Assembly: GCF_009914755.1 (NCBI RefSeq)
Contig: NC_060926.1
DNA from: the human T2T-CHM13v2.0 reference genome, Homo sapiens
Reading direction: 5' to 3' (one strand)
Length of the DNA: 64,000 nucleotides
Numbering within the stretch: the first letter of the stretch is position 1; each line of letters starts with the position of its first letter. Both the position numbers and the translations under genes were made by a program. Shown here piece by piece: positions 17,090-30,300 of this stretch. The notes under the pieces were generated by a model. The model did not search any database, was not told where the DNA came from, and saw nothing but the letters and a program-made list of their open reading frames with translations.

Positions 17090-17372
17090 TGTTATGAGGG
17101 AAGCATATGGAATTCAGAAACTCAAGGTCTGTGTTTATATCTGGACTTTTACCTGTGTGAGTCACTTAGCATTGTCATTTCATCATTAGCAGGTCATTTC
17201 ATCTCTGAGACTCAGTTTCTTCATTGATGAAAGTGAGGATAGTGTCTGTTCTAGCTATAATGTAAAGTTGAAAAAAGCTCAAATGAGATAACATGTGAAA
17301 GTGCTTTACAGATCATAAGGTGCTAGCAAACATTATCATTATCATCATCATCATCATCACCATTATCACCAT
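17090..17372 (+). mobile_element. MIR with (CAT)n tail
   Basis: 'tctctgagactcagtttcttcattgatgaaagtgaggatag...aaatgagataacatgtgaaagtgcttt' then a CAT repeat at 17331-17372. Confidence 0.75.
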
Positions 17373-17673
17373 CCTAACTGCTGTTAGGAAGACATGCTAG
17401 ATCCAAGAATTCTGAAGTCCTGGCTACTTGAAGCATCAGACTGTTTTCCTGCTTTTAGTTGCTTCAAGTCCAATTGTTGCATTTACTCATGTTTTGTCAT
17501 TAAATTTTAAATTTGTTGATTTCCAATTATCCACTGATTTGGAAGCATGGAGTCAGAGTAGGGGAGCAGATGAGCAGGAACATGGTCAGAAGACAGGACT
17601 AGGCCAGTTTAAAGCAACGTGTTTAATATGTGTTAAAAAAAAAAGGAGTGAATTTTACCTTAGGGCTAGACTT

Positions 17674-18039
17674 TGTCTTAGTCTGTTTTGTGCTGCTGTA
17701 ACAGAATATATGAGACTGGGTAATTTATAAAGAACAGAGATTTCTCTCTTACAGTTCTAGAGGCTGAGAAGTCCAAGGTGGAAGGGCTTGCGGCTATCGA
17801 GGGCCTTCTTGCTGTATCATCTCATGGCAAAAGGCAGAAGAGCAACAGAGCATGCTTGCAAGAGAGGGCAGGAGATCCAACTCACAGCCTCAAGCTCCTT
17901 TTACAATCAGGATTAATCCATTCATGAGGTGGAGCCCTCATGACCTAAACACCTCCCATTAGGCCCCACCTCCCAACACTGTTGCATTGGGGATTAAGCC
18001 TCCAACTCCAATTGAACTTTGGACATTCAAACCCTAGCA
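17674..18039 (-). mobile_element. MST-family (MSTB/C/D-like) MaLR solo LTR
   Basis: TG...CA ends ('tgtcttagtctgttttgtgctgctgtaacag' to 'ttcaaaccctagca'); TSD GACTT/TACTT. Confidence 0.88.
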
Positions 18040-19458
18040 TACTTCTGACAAGTGGTCAAAAACATTCATATTGGAGTTTGATGAAGACTCTTGAAGAAAA
18101 GACCAATTCATGGTCAAATGTTAATAGAGGAAGGAAAATAGGACCTGACATTTTTAAAAATTCTGCTAGGTAAATACCTGGTGAAGTTTTACCCAGAAGA
18201 TGTTTTTCTCTCCTAGAAGATGTTTTTAGGAAAGGTGGGTATGGTTGGAAGCCCGCTTCAGTTGGCAGTGTCTGGGAGAGGACTTAAGCCACAGAATCAA
18301 CTTGTGTGGTCCTTGGGACCACAGAAAGCCCAACCCAAATCTGACTTCAAGCAGTGTGAAGATGAGATGCAAAATATGGTTTGGAAGAAGGCAAGAGCAT
18401 TGGGTCCTTCCTTACCTTGCATTTAGGTTAGTGAAAAGAACAAACCATATATAAAAGTTATTTTGGAGGAGAGAAGGGGAGAAATTATATCTACGGTCAG
18501 TGAAATAATTGGCCTCATGGAGTTGGGACAGCAGCTATGGTATCACACCAATTTTTGTCTTCATTGATTAGGCTTCTTCCGGTAACTAAACTGTTGCCAC
18601 AGCAATTTTGCTACAACAGTGACCTCTGATGACAGTGTTTAAATTCTACTATACCCCTGCACCTCCACCCCAGGACCAGGGAGCCAACAGTGAACTGTTA
18701 AAATGTATGAGGTAGTTCCTTGCTGGGAGGCTTCTCCTACAGCAGTGTTTTCAAGTTGGAAGCCATGAAAATGGTCTGAAATATTTTACCTTCAGATACA
18801 AGTCCTTAATCTCATGTTGACCTTGGACTGTAATTTGGATAACCAACAGTTTTATTCCCTATTTACAGCAGGGAGGTAGATTGATTAGGAAACTTGTGTT
18901 TGCAGTCAGTAGTGTTCCTACACTGGAGCCTCTATCCCTGTTTGGACTAACATTTGCAACATCAGTACTGAATTTGCCAGAAGATTCAGTTTTGCTTGAA
19001 GAAACTTATCTGAGATCACCTCCAGGCTTCTCATACTACTTGTCAGCATAGTGCGTGCTTGAACCAGCTGGAGATTCCAAAGCATTGCCTCATATGTGGG
19101 AATTCTGTGCTTGTATTAATGCCACACCTGTTCCATCCCTACCATACCCTCTGAGCATTTTGAGAAGAATGATAGGGCTGTTATTCAGCTGGTCCACACA
19201 TGTGTGCCCCAAAAGAGTTTTAAAGGTCTGTTCTGAATGATCTGTGCCCATGCTGTTTAAATTGTGAGATATTTTGAACATGGTCCCTGTGATATGGTAT
19301 TATTTTTTTCCAAAAAAATACATATGCAACATACTTCAGTTTAGCAGAGTTTTGTCTTTGATCATAAAAGGGAGAAATTTAGGAAGTTCTGACAGTGCTT
19401 GAAAATCATTTGCATTTGCCTTGATTTATTTACTTTCTGATGAAACATAAAGATTACT

Positions 19459-19927
19459 TGTAGCAAACGCTATTGTTGCCCCTCTCCGTATACCCTTGGC
19501 CTATGCCTGGGTTTGTCAGTAGCCACAGTGGACTGCCCCCTGTCCCCTGAAGGCCTCCCATTTCAAGTATCAGTATATCTCTACTTCGTCTGAGGGTTTT
19601 CTTCAATGCTGGGGGATATTCACAGCCCAACAAGCCAGCACAGACACTTCAGGGATCTGATGCTCCCTGGTGCGTTTGACCATGAGGGCTGAATGCCCCA
19701 GCTTCTGCATCCCTCTGTGGGTCAGCGTTACAGTGTGTTCCACACAGTTCCCCAGTGGGTCCCCAGCAGGACAGAGCCCCAGTTGCCCATGGCGGTATTG
19801 GCTTTTCCTTCCCCCTGCCTCACTTTCCTCCTCCCTGCCTCACTTTCCTCCTCCCTTATCTATGCCTCCTGAGATTGCCTCCCAAGACCTGGTCTCTGGG
19901 TCTGTCTGGGGAACTTAAGCTAAGACA
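19459..19927 (+). mobile_element. LTR16-family (ERVL) solo LTR
   Basis: Starts 'tgtagcaaacgctattgttgcccc' and ends 'ggggaacttaagctaagaca', resembling LTR16 termini. Confidence 0.7.
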
Positions 19928-19974
19928 GAATTGTTCCCTGAACTACTGGTTTAGGTTCCCAGCTGGTCGCCCTG

Positions 19975-20335
19975 TGTATTAGTCCATTTCATGCTGCTGA
20001 TAAAGACATACCTGAGACTGGGCAATTTACAAAAGAAGTGTTTTATTGGACTTACAGTTCCACGTGGCTGGGAAGGCCTCATAATCATGGCAGAAGGCAA
20101 AAGGCACTTCTTATGTGGCGGCGGCAAGAGAGAAAATGAGAGCCAAATGAAAGGGGTTTCCGCTTACAAAACTATCAGCTCTCATGAGACTTATTCACTA
20201 CCACGAGAACAGTATGGGAGGAACCGCCCCCATGATTCAATTATCTCTCACTGGGCCCCTTCCACAACACATAGGAATTATGGGAGAACAATTCAAGATG
20301 AGATTTAGGTGGGGACACAGAGTCAAACCATATCA
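19975..20335 (-). mobile_element. THE1 (THE1B-like) solo LTR
   Basis: 'tgtattagtccatttcatgctgctgataaagacatacctgagactggg' to 'caaaccatatca'; perfect TSD CCCTG at 19970-19974 and 20336-20340. Confidence 0.95.
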
Positions 20336-20755
20336 CCCTGCTTGGCATCTTGCCACCAACACCCTGAATCTGTTAGAAATGCAAATTAACCAAGTGCCAG
20401 AACCTTTCATGGTTTCCTCTTGCCTAGGAATGGAGTCCCAGATCCCTAATGCATCTCGGTGCCCTGAGTGCCATGGCTGCTGCTGCACTTCAGTATGTCT
20501 GAGACCAGTGCAGCCACTGGGACTTCTCTCCCTTCCTTTCCCTGCAAGCTGCCTTCACGCCTGGCTCTTCTGCACCACCTTTCCTCTGTGGGACTTGTTT
20601 ATTTGCACTCTTTTGTTTACCAGCTCCTAAGATCTTTGAGGCTTAGTCCAGCCCATCGATCTGGAGTAGCCTATGCTTTTCCTTCCTAGAGCTTGGCGTA
20701 TTTGCAATGATGTAGCTCATTTGCCATTGCATGTTTAACATCTCTTTCTCTAGAC

Positions 20756-20935
20756 CAGGGATCTGCCAACAACTACAGTTTTATTAGAACACAGGCACAT
20801 CCATTTATTTACATATTATCTATGGCTGCTTTCATGATATAACCACAGAGTTGAGTATCTGCAAGAGACCACATGGCTCACAAAGTCTAAAATGTTTACC
20901 ATGTAGACCTTTACAAAAAAGCTTGCAGACTCTTC
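20756..20935 (+). mobile_element. MER58A-like hAT-Charlie MITE inserted in an L2 fragment
   Basis: 'gttttattagaacacag...tatggctgctttc...gagttgagta' body; 8-bp TSD CTCTAGAC/CCCTAGAC. Confidence 0.8.
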
Positions 20936-21438
20936 CCCTAGACTGTGAACTCTGAAAGAAGAGTCTCCTGCTCACTATTAGAAAGAACCCAGCACTCGGC
21001 ATAGTCCCTGACACAAAGTAGACATAATATAAATATGTCTGACTTGAAACAAAGTTTCCATGAATGCATTTCTTCCCTCTTGATTTGTCCCTTGTCTTGA
21101 GAATTTTATGTGTTCTTGGGGCAGTACTGTTCACAGCAAGGAAACATTTCCAGACCTGGAGTGTGTGGTACCCCCTTCTTTTAGCTCTTTATCACACAGA
21201 AGTGAGATTCCCACCTCTACTGTCATGTTCACTAGGCAATGCCTTTTTTTTTTTTTTGGCAATGCTCTTTCTAAAGAGATAGAGATTTTACTATTTTTTT
21301 TTCTTCCCCATTTGTTTCAGACCAAGTGGGACATGATGCCCTATGCAAAGTGTTTTCCAGACTCTTGCTTGTTTGAAAAGATTCTCACTTCCACTTTTAC
21401 GTGGGAAAGCATGCCCTAGCTATTTAATTTGAAAAATT

Positions 21439-21764
21439 GGCCGGGCGCGGTGGCTCTTGCCTGTAATCCCAGCACTTTGGGAGGCCAAGGCGGGTGGATC
21501 ACCTGAAGTCAGGAGTTTGACACCAACGTGGCCAACATGGTGAAACCCTGTCTCTACTAAAAATACAAAATTAGCTGGGTGTGGTGACACATGCCTGTAA
21601 TCCCAGCTACTTGGGATGGTGAGGCAGGAGAATCCCTTGAACCTGTGATTCAGAGCTTGCAGTGAGCCGAGATTGCGCCACTGCAGTCCGCAGTCCGGCC
21701 TGGGCGACAGAGCGAGACTCCGTCTCAAAAAAAAAAAAAAGAAAAAAAGAAAAAAAAAGAAAAA
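21439..21764 (+). mobile_element. Chimeric Alu: AluS body with AluYb8-type 3' end
   Basis: S-type decayed 5' part; from 21653 it matches AluYb8, including the diagnostic GCAGTCC-GCAGTCC duplication. Confidence 0.92.
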
Positions 21765-21999
21765 TCAGGGTATAGTGAAGTAAAGAAAGATAATAGCTTT
21801 AAATTTAATGATACAGGGTATGAAAATATCCATATTCTATGCTGCTGTTACCATTTTAAGCATACACATTTTATCACCTCACTCATTTACTTAAAAAAAA
21901 TTTAACATTTTTCTAAGCATCTCTGTAATGCCTATAGGAACTTCTCTAATCTGATTTCCAAGGTGTCCTTATAATCTTATCTCCTGTTATGCTCTAGGG

Positions 22000-22221
22000 C
22001 AGGGGTTGTGAAACTATGGCCTGTGGGCCAAATCCAGACTACTGCCTGGGTTTGTAAATAAACTTTTATTGGAACACAGCCACACTCGTTTATTCATATA
22101 TCGTTTATGCTTGCTTTAGTGTTACAATGGCAGAGGTGAGTAGCTGCAACCAATACTGTATGGGCTACAAAGCCCAAGATTTACTCACTGGTCCTTGACA
22201 GAAAACCTTTGCTGATCGCTG
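22000..22221 (+). mobile_element. MER58A-like MITE
   Basis: 'caggggttgtgaaactatggcctgtgggccaaatcc...tttgtaaataaacttttattggaacacagccacactc...tttgctgatcgctg'. Confidence 0.85.
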
Positions 22222-22279
22222 CTGCAGGAAGCCTTCTGTATCTGGCCACTCCTGTCTCTTCTCACAGTTCCTCTGCTTG

Positions 22280-22660
22280 CCGAACCTTTTCGTGCATCTG
22301 AGCCTTCGCACATACTGTTCCCTCTGCCTAAAAGCCACTCTCCCCTTTCCTACTTAGAAACTTCTGCTACAAGCTAGTGAGGCCCTGGTTGGTTTTTTCA
22401 TCTTCTTTGTGAGACTTCTGAATTCCTCAAAATGTATTTTTTCCTCTTCTAGGCTCCCACAGCACTTTGTCCAGATATATATTAAAGCCCTTATCATTGT
22501 TATTAGTATCATAATTCACATTCTTGTGTTTATCTCCTACTAGAGTATGAGCTGTAGAGGATGGGTTCCATATCTTTATTTAATTCTGCATCTTCCGTGC
22601 ATCCGTCCAGGAGCCTGGAACCAAGTAGATGCTCAAGAAGTCACTGATTAATAACTGGGG
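22280..22660 (+). mobile_element. L2 3' fragment
   Basis: 'ctgttccctctgcct...ctcctactagagtatgagct...gcctggaaccaagtagatgctcaagaa' resembles the L2 3' end. Confidence 0.7.
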
Positions 22661-24145
22661 GTGTTGAATATTATTAACCAGTGCACAGAAAAGAGTGTGG
22701 GGGTAATGAGAAACACATGCAGCAGTTGGAGAAATTATAGAAGGTTTAACTGTAAAGTATTTAGGAATTATTTTTGTTCTACTTTTTCCCTGTTCTTTCA
22801 CCTCCCAGATGGGGAAAAAAGCCGAGGCTGAACAGGAGCCTTGACCAAGAAGACGGGGAACATGATGCCCAGCTCTCCTGTATCTCAGTCTGTTGTCCTT
22901 TCCATGTGCGACACCATCAACAGAGGCTTTTCAGTGGGGATGAACTAGGCACAGCATGTTAATTGGAGAGTTATTAGTAAGATTGTTAATACTTCTTTCC
23001 ACAGTGGAAGAAATGGATTATTTGTTGGTGGACCAACTTCTAATAGTAAGTAGGAAGCAGATTAGAAAAGTTTAGCATTAGCTCTGTCTTTCATTTGTGG
23101 ACCAATAAGTTGATTTTCTATCTACCTCAAGTTTTCCCTTTGAATAATAAGGATAATTCTCAGCCCCAAATACTGTCTTTACCTTCTATGAAAATATGAA
23201 TACTTTTAAAAAGCTGCTTTGAATCCATAATGGCCTTTGCAATATCAGCTTGGTGACGTGGCTTGTTATGATCGAATTAATAATTGTCTCCTTTTTCATG
23301 AAAGATTGAATTCAATACAGAAAGCAGCATTTTTCAAGAGTTTCTCATATTTATCTGAGTGATGGTGATTTCATGTTGCTAGAGCCAGTTAACTGCTGGA
23401 TGCTTCATGCTCTCCAATTGCCTAATGGGGAGAATTTGACCTGGCAGAGAGCCCAGTTGTCCATCTTCCTGGGGCTGGTAACCACTTATAGGGTAATAAA
23501 GGTGAACTTTAATTGACTTCCTAGACACCTCTTCACCGAGGGAAAGACACAGAGAAGAGGAAAGACAACTGTGAGTGCTGACGAACAATTTCTGAGATTG
23601 ATAGGCAGTTTAGATCTAATTTTAAATAGTAGGAAAATCATATTTATCATCTCAAAGATCATATTTGAATGAGAACTTACAAACTAGAACCTCCCTTTTA
23701 ATACTTATGAAATTATGTTTTAAGAGTGTGGCACTCATTTTTTTTTCCTTACTAAAGAGCTGGAAGAGATCACATGACACTGTCGCCTTTCAAGTTAATG
23801 GGCTTTTAACATCCTTTTGGCATGTTTTATAAAAAAAGAAAACCACTTTTACTGGATTTTCATTGTTCAGGCTTTGACAATAATACTTATACATAGTAAT
23901 AATGTCAACAAAGAGTCGTATTTGCTTACAAACAGATTTCAATTGTTGAGAGACCAATTTACGAACGGTTGCTAGAAACATGGGCAGCATTTGCTATCTG
24001 TTCATAGAACTACTTTGCATTTAGGATGGTGTCCAAATAACAAATGCCTCTTCTCCCACAGAGGTCATTTCTTCTAGTAATTCCCACTCATAGAACGAGG
24101 TTTTACAAGGGGACATGTTTATACGCAAGGACAGGCTTTAATCAA

Positions 24146-24235
24146 ATATATATGTATATATATGTATATATACATATATATGCACCATTCATTCTTTCTC
24201 ATTCACTGTGAGAATACAGACACACACACACACAC
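24146..24235. repeat. (TA)n-like and (CA)n microsatellites
   Basis: Visible runs at ~24146-24182 and ~24219-24235. Confidence 0.85.
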
Positions 24236-25308
24236 GCTACCCACTGCATCACTAATCTGATTTGTTACTTTCAAATGTCAATCAGCAAGGAAAATTTTAA
24301 AAATATAGATAGATATTTTGTAAGATTCTAGTCAATGTCAGTATTTAAACTCCTGGACCATATGTGGCTTCTCTTAGCAGATTTTGCAAAGGAAACTTAC
24401 TCCAGTATGCAAGACTGTGAGTTGCTCTCTATTCCTGGGGTTTTATCTACCAGCGTCTGGGAATGTTTCGTGATGTGCTGGGTTTATTTCTGTAGCCATA
24501 GAAGAAAGATGCATGCTTCAATATTTTACAGTTGTCAAGCTCAAATGCCACTTGGGCCAATGCCTGCAGACTGAAGGCAAGACTTGACCAGACATCTTAA
24601 TAGTAAACAGTGAATTTAGAACATGTAAGGAAGGAAGGTCCAATGTGAACCGAAAATAATTTAGAGGGTTTTTATTTTGGCAGCTGAGGTTCTGACGCCA
24701 GATGCCTGATTTTGTCTGGGGAAGACTGATGGTAACATTTGTAGTGGCTCTATTTAAGGAGAGGAAGTTGATGACTGATAAGAGCCGGGGCTTAGAGTCA
24801 GGACTTTGATGACTGGCGACAGCCATTTCCACAATTGTCCTTGGGGACTATTGGGTGACCTTTTGTTGCCTCCTCTGCCCTTTTTTTCAGGAGAATAGAT
24901 TTCTAATTGGGCTACATTACAGGAGACTCAAAGAGTTTTCTTCGCAAGGAAGTTAGGCTTTATGTAAGTGAACTTCTTTTGAAGAGTAATCATTGGTTAT
25001 TTTGGGAGGTATTATTTCTCCACTTCTGCAAATAAATAAACCAGTGAAGGGGGCTTAGAATCTCATCCATTTAGAACTTCATCCATTAAGACTTCCTCCT
25101 CTTGGTGCTAATCAACCAGGTTACGTTTCTCTCCTCTGTCCAATGTGTCTATAGGCTGTAGTTCCTAGCATCTTCAAACCTAGACAGACAGCTTCACATG
25201 AATCTGCAAGAAGCAGGGAGGGAACCATTGAGAATACCCCTGCAAACCATTTCTTGCTATTTCCTAGACTGTGAAGGAAAGATCTTGTCAAATAATTTCT
25301 ATTCTTTC

Positions 25309-25783
<475 letters not shown>

Positions 25784-26899
25784 ATTTTATCTTTCTTCCC
25801 TTCATGAGTTTCATGGGTGATTCTTACCTGATCTTAACAAACATTACTCTATGATATCTGTCAGATATTAAGTTTCAGGTATGTGTCCCTGATGTCTTCT
25901 GATTTAACTCAATCTCTCAATGTATATTTGTCTCCTTTTCCTTCTCCTTCTCCTTTTAAAAAGACATTTTCTATAGAAGCCAGCTTTAATTTCCTTTATG
26001 GCCCTTTTCCTCTGTCATGACATCTGTTTATCTCAAAACTCTGGGCTGGTATTGAGCTAAAAGGTTCATGTTGGAAAAGTGTGACTGATTCTAAGAAACA
26101 AAGAGTCAAATTCATTGACAGTGGTTCTGCGTGGTGGGATCAGAGGCAGATGGAAGGGGACATAGATGGGTGCACGTGCAGCATGGAAGGATGGGCGGGT
26201 GCCTGACGTCCTTTTCAAATAAACAGTGGAGTACAGAGGGTCAGGTGTAAAAACAGTGACAGAATGGGACTTGGTCTGCCTTTATTCCAATTGACAAAGA
26301 AAATTCTGATGACATAAATACAAGAAGCTTTCAAGTATAAATACAAATATACTTGAAAGCTGACTAATGCACATTTGCTGTCATTGGTAGTGGGTTCCCC
26401 CAACATATTATATAGGAATTCTTTTCCATTATCAAAGCCCAAGAGAGGGGAAGAAGAGCTGTCTTTGAATGATTGAACATACTCAGGTCAGCAAGTCCCC
26501 CTCCTTTTCTCTTTACTGCTTCCTTCACCCATTTTTTATAAAATGACCATGAAGACCAATGGTGGAAGGAAGTCACAGTGAATGAAAATGGATGAATGGC
26601 AGTTCTCAGCCCTTTGCCCTGTGAATGGTGGGGTGGCAGTAAGGGGAGAGGGTAGGAGCAGGGCGGATGTGAGGGGTGGAGCAGTCTTAGATATTCCTGA
26701 GCATCCACTGGCAGATGCTTGCCCGTTCCCCTGAGAACTCTGTCCCTGAGGTCCAGCTAGGACATCCTCATGCTCCCTATTAAGCACTTTCTTTTCATCG
26801 ATTAATGGATTGTGTTTTGGAATCAGGTTTTTACTTAGCTGCATAAATATGATGCAAAACCTTAACCATTGACTCCACTGCCCTTTCCTTATCAATAGT

Positions 26900-27366
26900 T
26901 GAATATGTGCCCTGGCCAACCTTCCATTTCAGCTGCCACTGTGACAGACAGTCCCTGTGCACATCAACACCCCTCCCTAGTTATTCCCAGTCTCTCAGCC
27001 TTTCTGGCTCAGGACTGTTTCCTAACCCACAACAGCTTGCACAGCCTAAACTCCAGATCGTTGAGAAGTTTTATGGGGGCAGAGGGAGTTAGTGCTTCTG
27101 AAGGTTCACCTCAGATAACAGGGGATTGCAGTCTGCAGATATGTGTCCCAGATTCCTGTCCTTTGGAGGCACAATTCTGAAATGCATTCAACAAGGGTCC
27201 CCAGTGGGATAGCTAGCTCCTTAACACAGCCTGCTTTCTTTCCTTCCTTCCCTGTCTCACTTGTCCTGACTTTCACTCCTGCTTCCTGGGATTGGTCATC
27301 TCCCAAATGAGCCGCATTTAGGCTCTGCTTTCACGTTCTGCTTTCAGAAGAGTTCAGACTAAGAGA
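26900..27366 (+). mobile_element. LTR16-family LTR (degraded)
   Basis: 'ccttccctgtctcactt...cctgcttcctgggat...ctcccaaat...tctgctttc...gactaagaga' resembles the LTR16 3' end; 5' edge approximate. Confidence 0.6.
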
Positions 27367-30300
27367 TGCCCCTAAAGTGAATAGGATACAGTTTTGGCCA
27401 GGCTAGCATGCATATATGGCAGACTTCTGCATGCATTGGTCCAACTGTGGCATTCCTTGGGGCAAAGGTCTTTAAACTGATAAGTAAAAGAGAAAATCAA
27501 AAAATTAGAGATATTCTTTACATTGAAAAGTTTCCCTTATATTTATGGCATCTCATTATGTATTGATCTATGCAGTAAACATTTCCAAAAGCCCCCTTCT
27601 GTCGGGCACCATGCTACAGGCTGGTGCTAGAATGAAAGCATTTAGTCTGTTAAAGAGAAACGATGCTAGAAATCTCCCCAGAGTACAACGAAGATCCCGT
27701 GGAAATGGTCAGCTGTGGGTCCACAGCGAGGAGTTGTACAGGATAAGTGGATGAGAGCCAGTGGGACAGAGAGAGGAAACACATTAGATGAGAGGATGCC
27801 TGGGCAAAGGCAGGGAGGCACAGACAGCCCCGTCCTGGGAGAGAACTGCAAGCAGCTGGGGCCCAGTTGGAGGCTAACTTAGAATCAGGAGATGAAAGCG
27901 GCCACCACATGTCCTGTGTGAAAGTCAGTGAAGAGACAAGGAGCATTGCTGAAACATCATGGGCACAGTAACAACCCCATTCCCCGTAAAGTTTGCACTT
28001 TATAAAGCGCATCGACCCCCAGATGGCTGCCCCGAATCATGGGAGTTGAGCACAAGACTTTTGATTCAGGATTCTAGGCTTTCAAAAAATATACTATACT
28101 AACTTTATTTTCATGTTTTATGAATTCAATTTTTTGTTTTAGTTAGAGCCTCAGGTGTACAAGATATTAGTCACTATCAAATTTTTTATGAAGCATTTAT
28201 TCACAGCAAATCTTAACTTTCTTTGTCTTCTTTAGAAGAAAGGGCTCCAGGAATGCCTGCAATTCTTGAAGTAATATAAATCTAAAGCAACTTTACTGAA
28301 ACTCGATTCATTGAGCCAGAGAAAGGTCCAGACTGCAGTTGATCTCCCATCCTGCCTCAGGCATCTCTGTCTGACCTCCTGCCACTACCAGTGTGCATCT
28401 GTTTCCAAATGCACTTCCAGTCTTGGCCACTTTCATTGCATTATTGATGTTTACAATGCCACAGTCTGATCAGTTAGATCCAAGCTAGCAGAAAATTCTG
28501 CCCAAATCTTTGGTAAAGATGCTACTGGAAAGCCCCTATTTTAATTCATTTTTCTATACAAAGACTTCTTCGTTCTTGAATTTAAAGATGTAAAGAATCA
28601 GAGCAGATGTCTCTGTGTGTGCAGTGCACACATCATGGGTAAGACCAGTCACAGTGTTGAGTTCTGCATAATCCATAGCCTTGTCCCTACAGGCCACTGC
28701 ACCACCTTCTTCTTTTGCTCTAAGGAGCATGCTCACTGCCTGTTTGGCATGGAGTGGCTGGTAGAGAACCTTAGAGTCTAGTGGTTTCCCTATTCAGATC
28801 TCTGCTTAGGACTTTTTCAGTTCATTAACAGCTTCATCATGGACGCTGTCCTGTAGAAACAGTTGTATGCTCTCAATAGTATACCACTGGCCAGAGATTC
28901 CCTTTGCGCTATGCAAGATTGCTTTCCTGTGATGGCTTCCAAATTTTAAACTCCCTTTCATTTCTAAAATTGGGACTAAGCTTTATAAAATTCTAACTCT
29001 CACTGTTACACTTTTCTTTCTGATTTCCTTCTCTTTTTATTCTTAGGAAAAGGATTTAGTGGGAGAGAGTAGAAGAATTATTTTGTGAAAAATGAAGATT
29101 TATTTTGGAAACGAGCATAAGTGACTCTGACCAGAGAAGTAGGAAAAGAATGGAACATTCATTTCAGTCTGAATAGGAAATTTAGACTGACTGCATGAAT
29201 GAGGATTTAATGAGAATAGAAAGCTGATCTGTGACTTGGTGAAAAGTGGGTGCCAAAGTCTGGCTTTGCTCTGAGGGTGCATTTCAGAGAAACTCAAAGG
29301 AATGGTATCAGTGTCTTCCCATCTGTTTTCTTATTCCAGTTTGTACTAACCTTCTAAAAACATTCATACTTAAACATGCACATGCATACTCTATTTTGGC
29401 CTTTAACTTGGGCAGTGAACATTGCGTAGTAATTATTGCAGAATTGGACTTGAACTGTCTTGAACTTTCTGCATGTTTGTTGCCCAATTGATACTATGTG
29501 CATCGAGCCTCTTCAAAGAATGCCAAGCAGAAGAACTGATTTTTGAATTTTCTTTAGAGAGCTCTCTATAGCTTCTGGTGTGTGAGGGAAGGTGGGGAGC
29601 GATTTGTTGTTACTTTCTGGGTCTGTTTTAAGTGCTCCTTTGGCAGCAGCCTGACAGCCACTTCGCTTTCATGTTTTTCATTTATCTTTGTTTTTAATCT
29701 TTTAGAGACAACAGCTGGATTCTGCTTTTAGTACTTATCCTTGATTCCGTGTCCTGTTCAGAGCCATTCCGGTGGGTTTGGATTTTTTGAAAGGCATGTG
29801 GCATCCTACTTGTCCATAGGATTTAATTAAAAGTTTGGCTTTTTGGAACTTGTCATTGGTAACTGCTGGAAAATAGAGCCAGTGAGTATCTCCAAGGAGT
29901 CGTAGACCTTTTTCTACCCTTGCAGGCTCCTCACCTGAGGGCTGAATGCTTTTCCCTCAACTCTGCTTTGGGGAAAGATCATAGACATACACTTTCCCTG
30001 AAATAAACTGCATTTGTTGATTTGTCATTTACATGAACAAGCCCCCAAAAAGGCTTATTTCCTTAGTTATTGTTCAAGATTTTCTTTGAATTTAGTTATT
30101 GCCAAAATGATTTAATTTTATATACAATATTTTACATAGAAGTAATCTACTTCTAATGTGGTTCTCTGAGACTGCCAATCTCGAATTTTGTGTTGACATA
30201 ATTTGTCCCAAAAGTATGTGTTCAGGTCACCAAGGGCACTCAGAGATGAGTATCTTATTTTTGTATATGGGGAAAAAGGAATTGGGAGAGGAGGGGTAAA

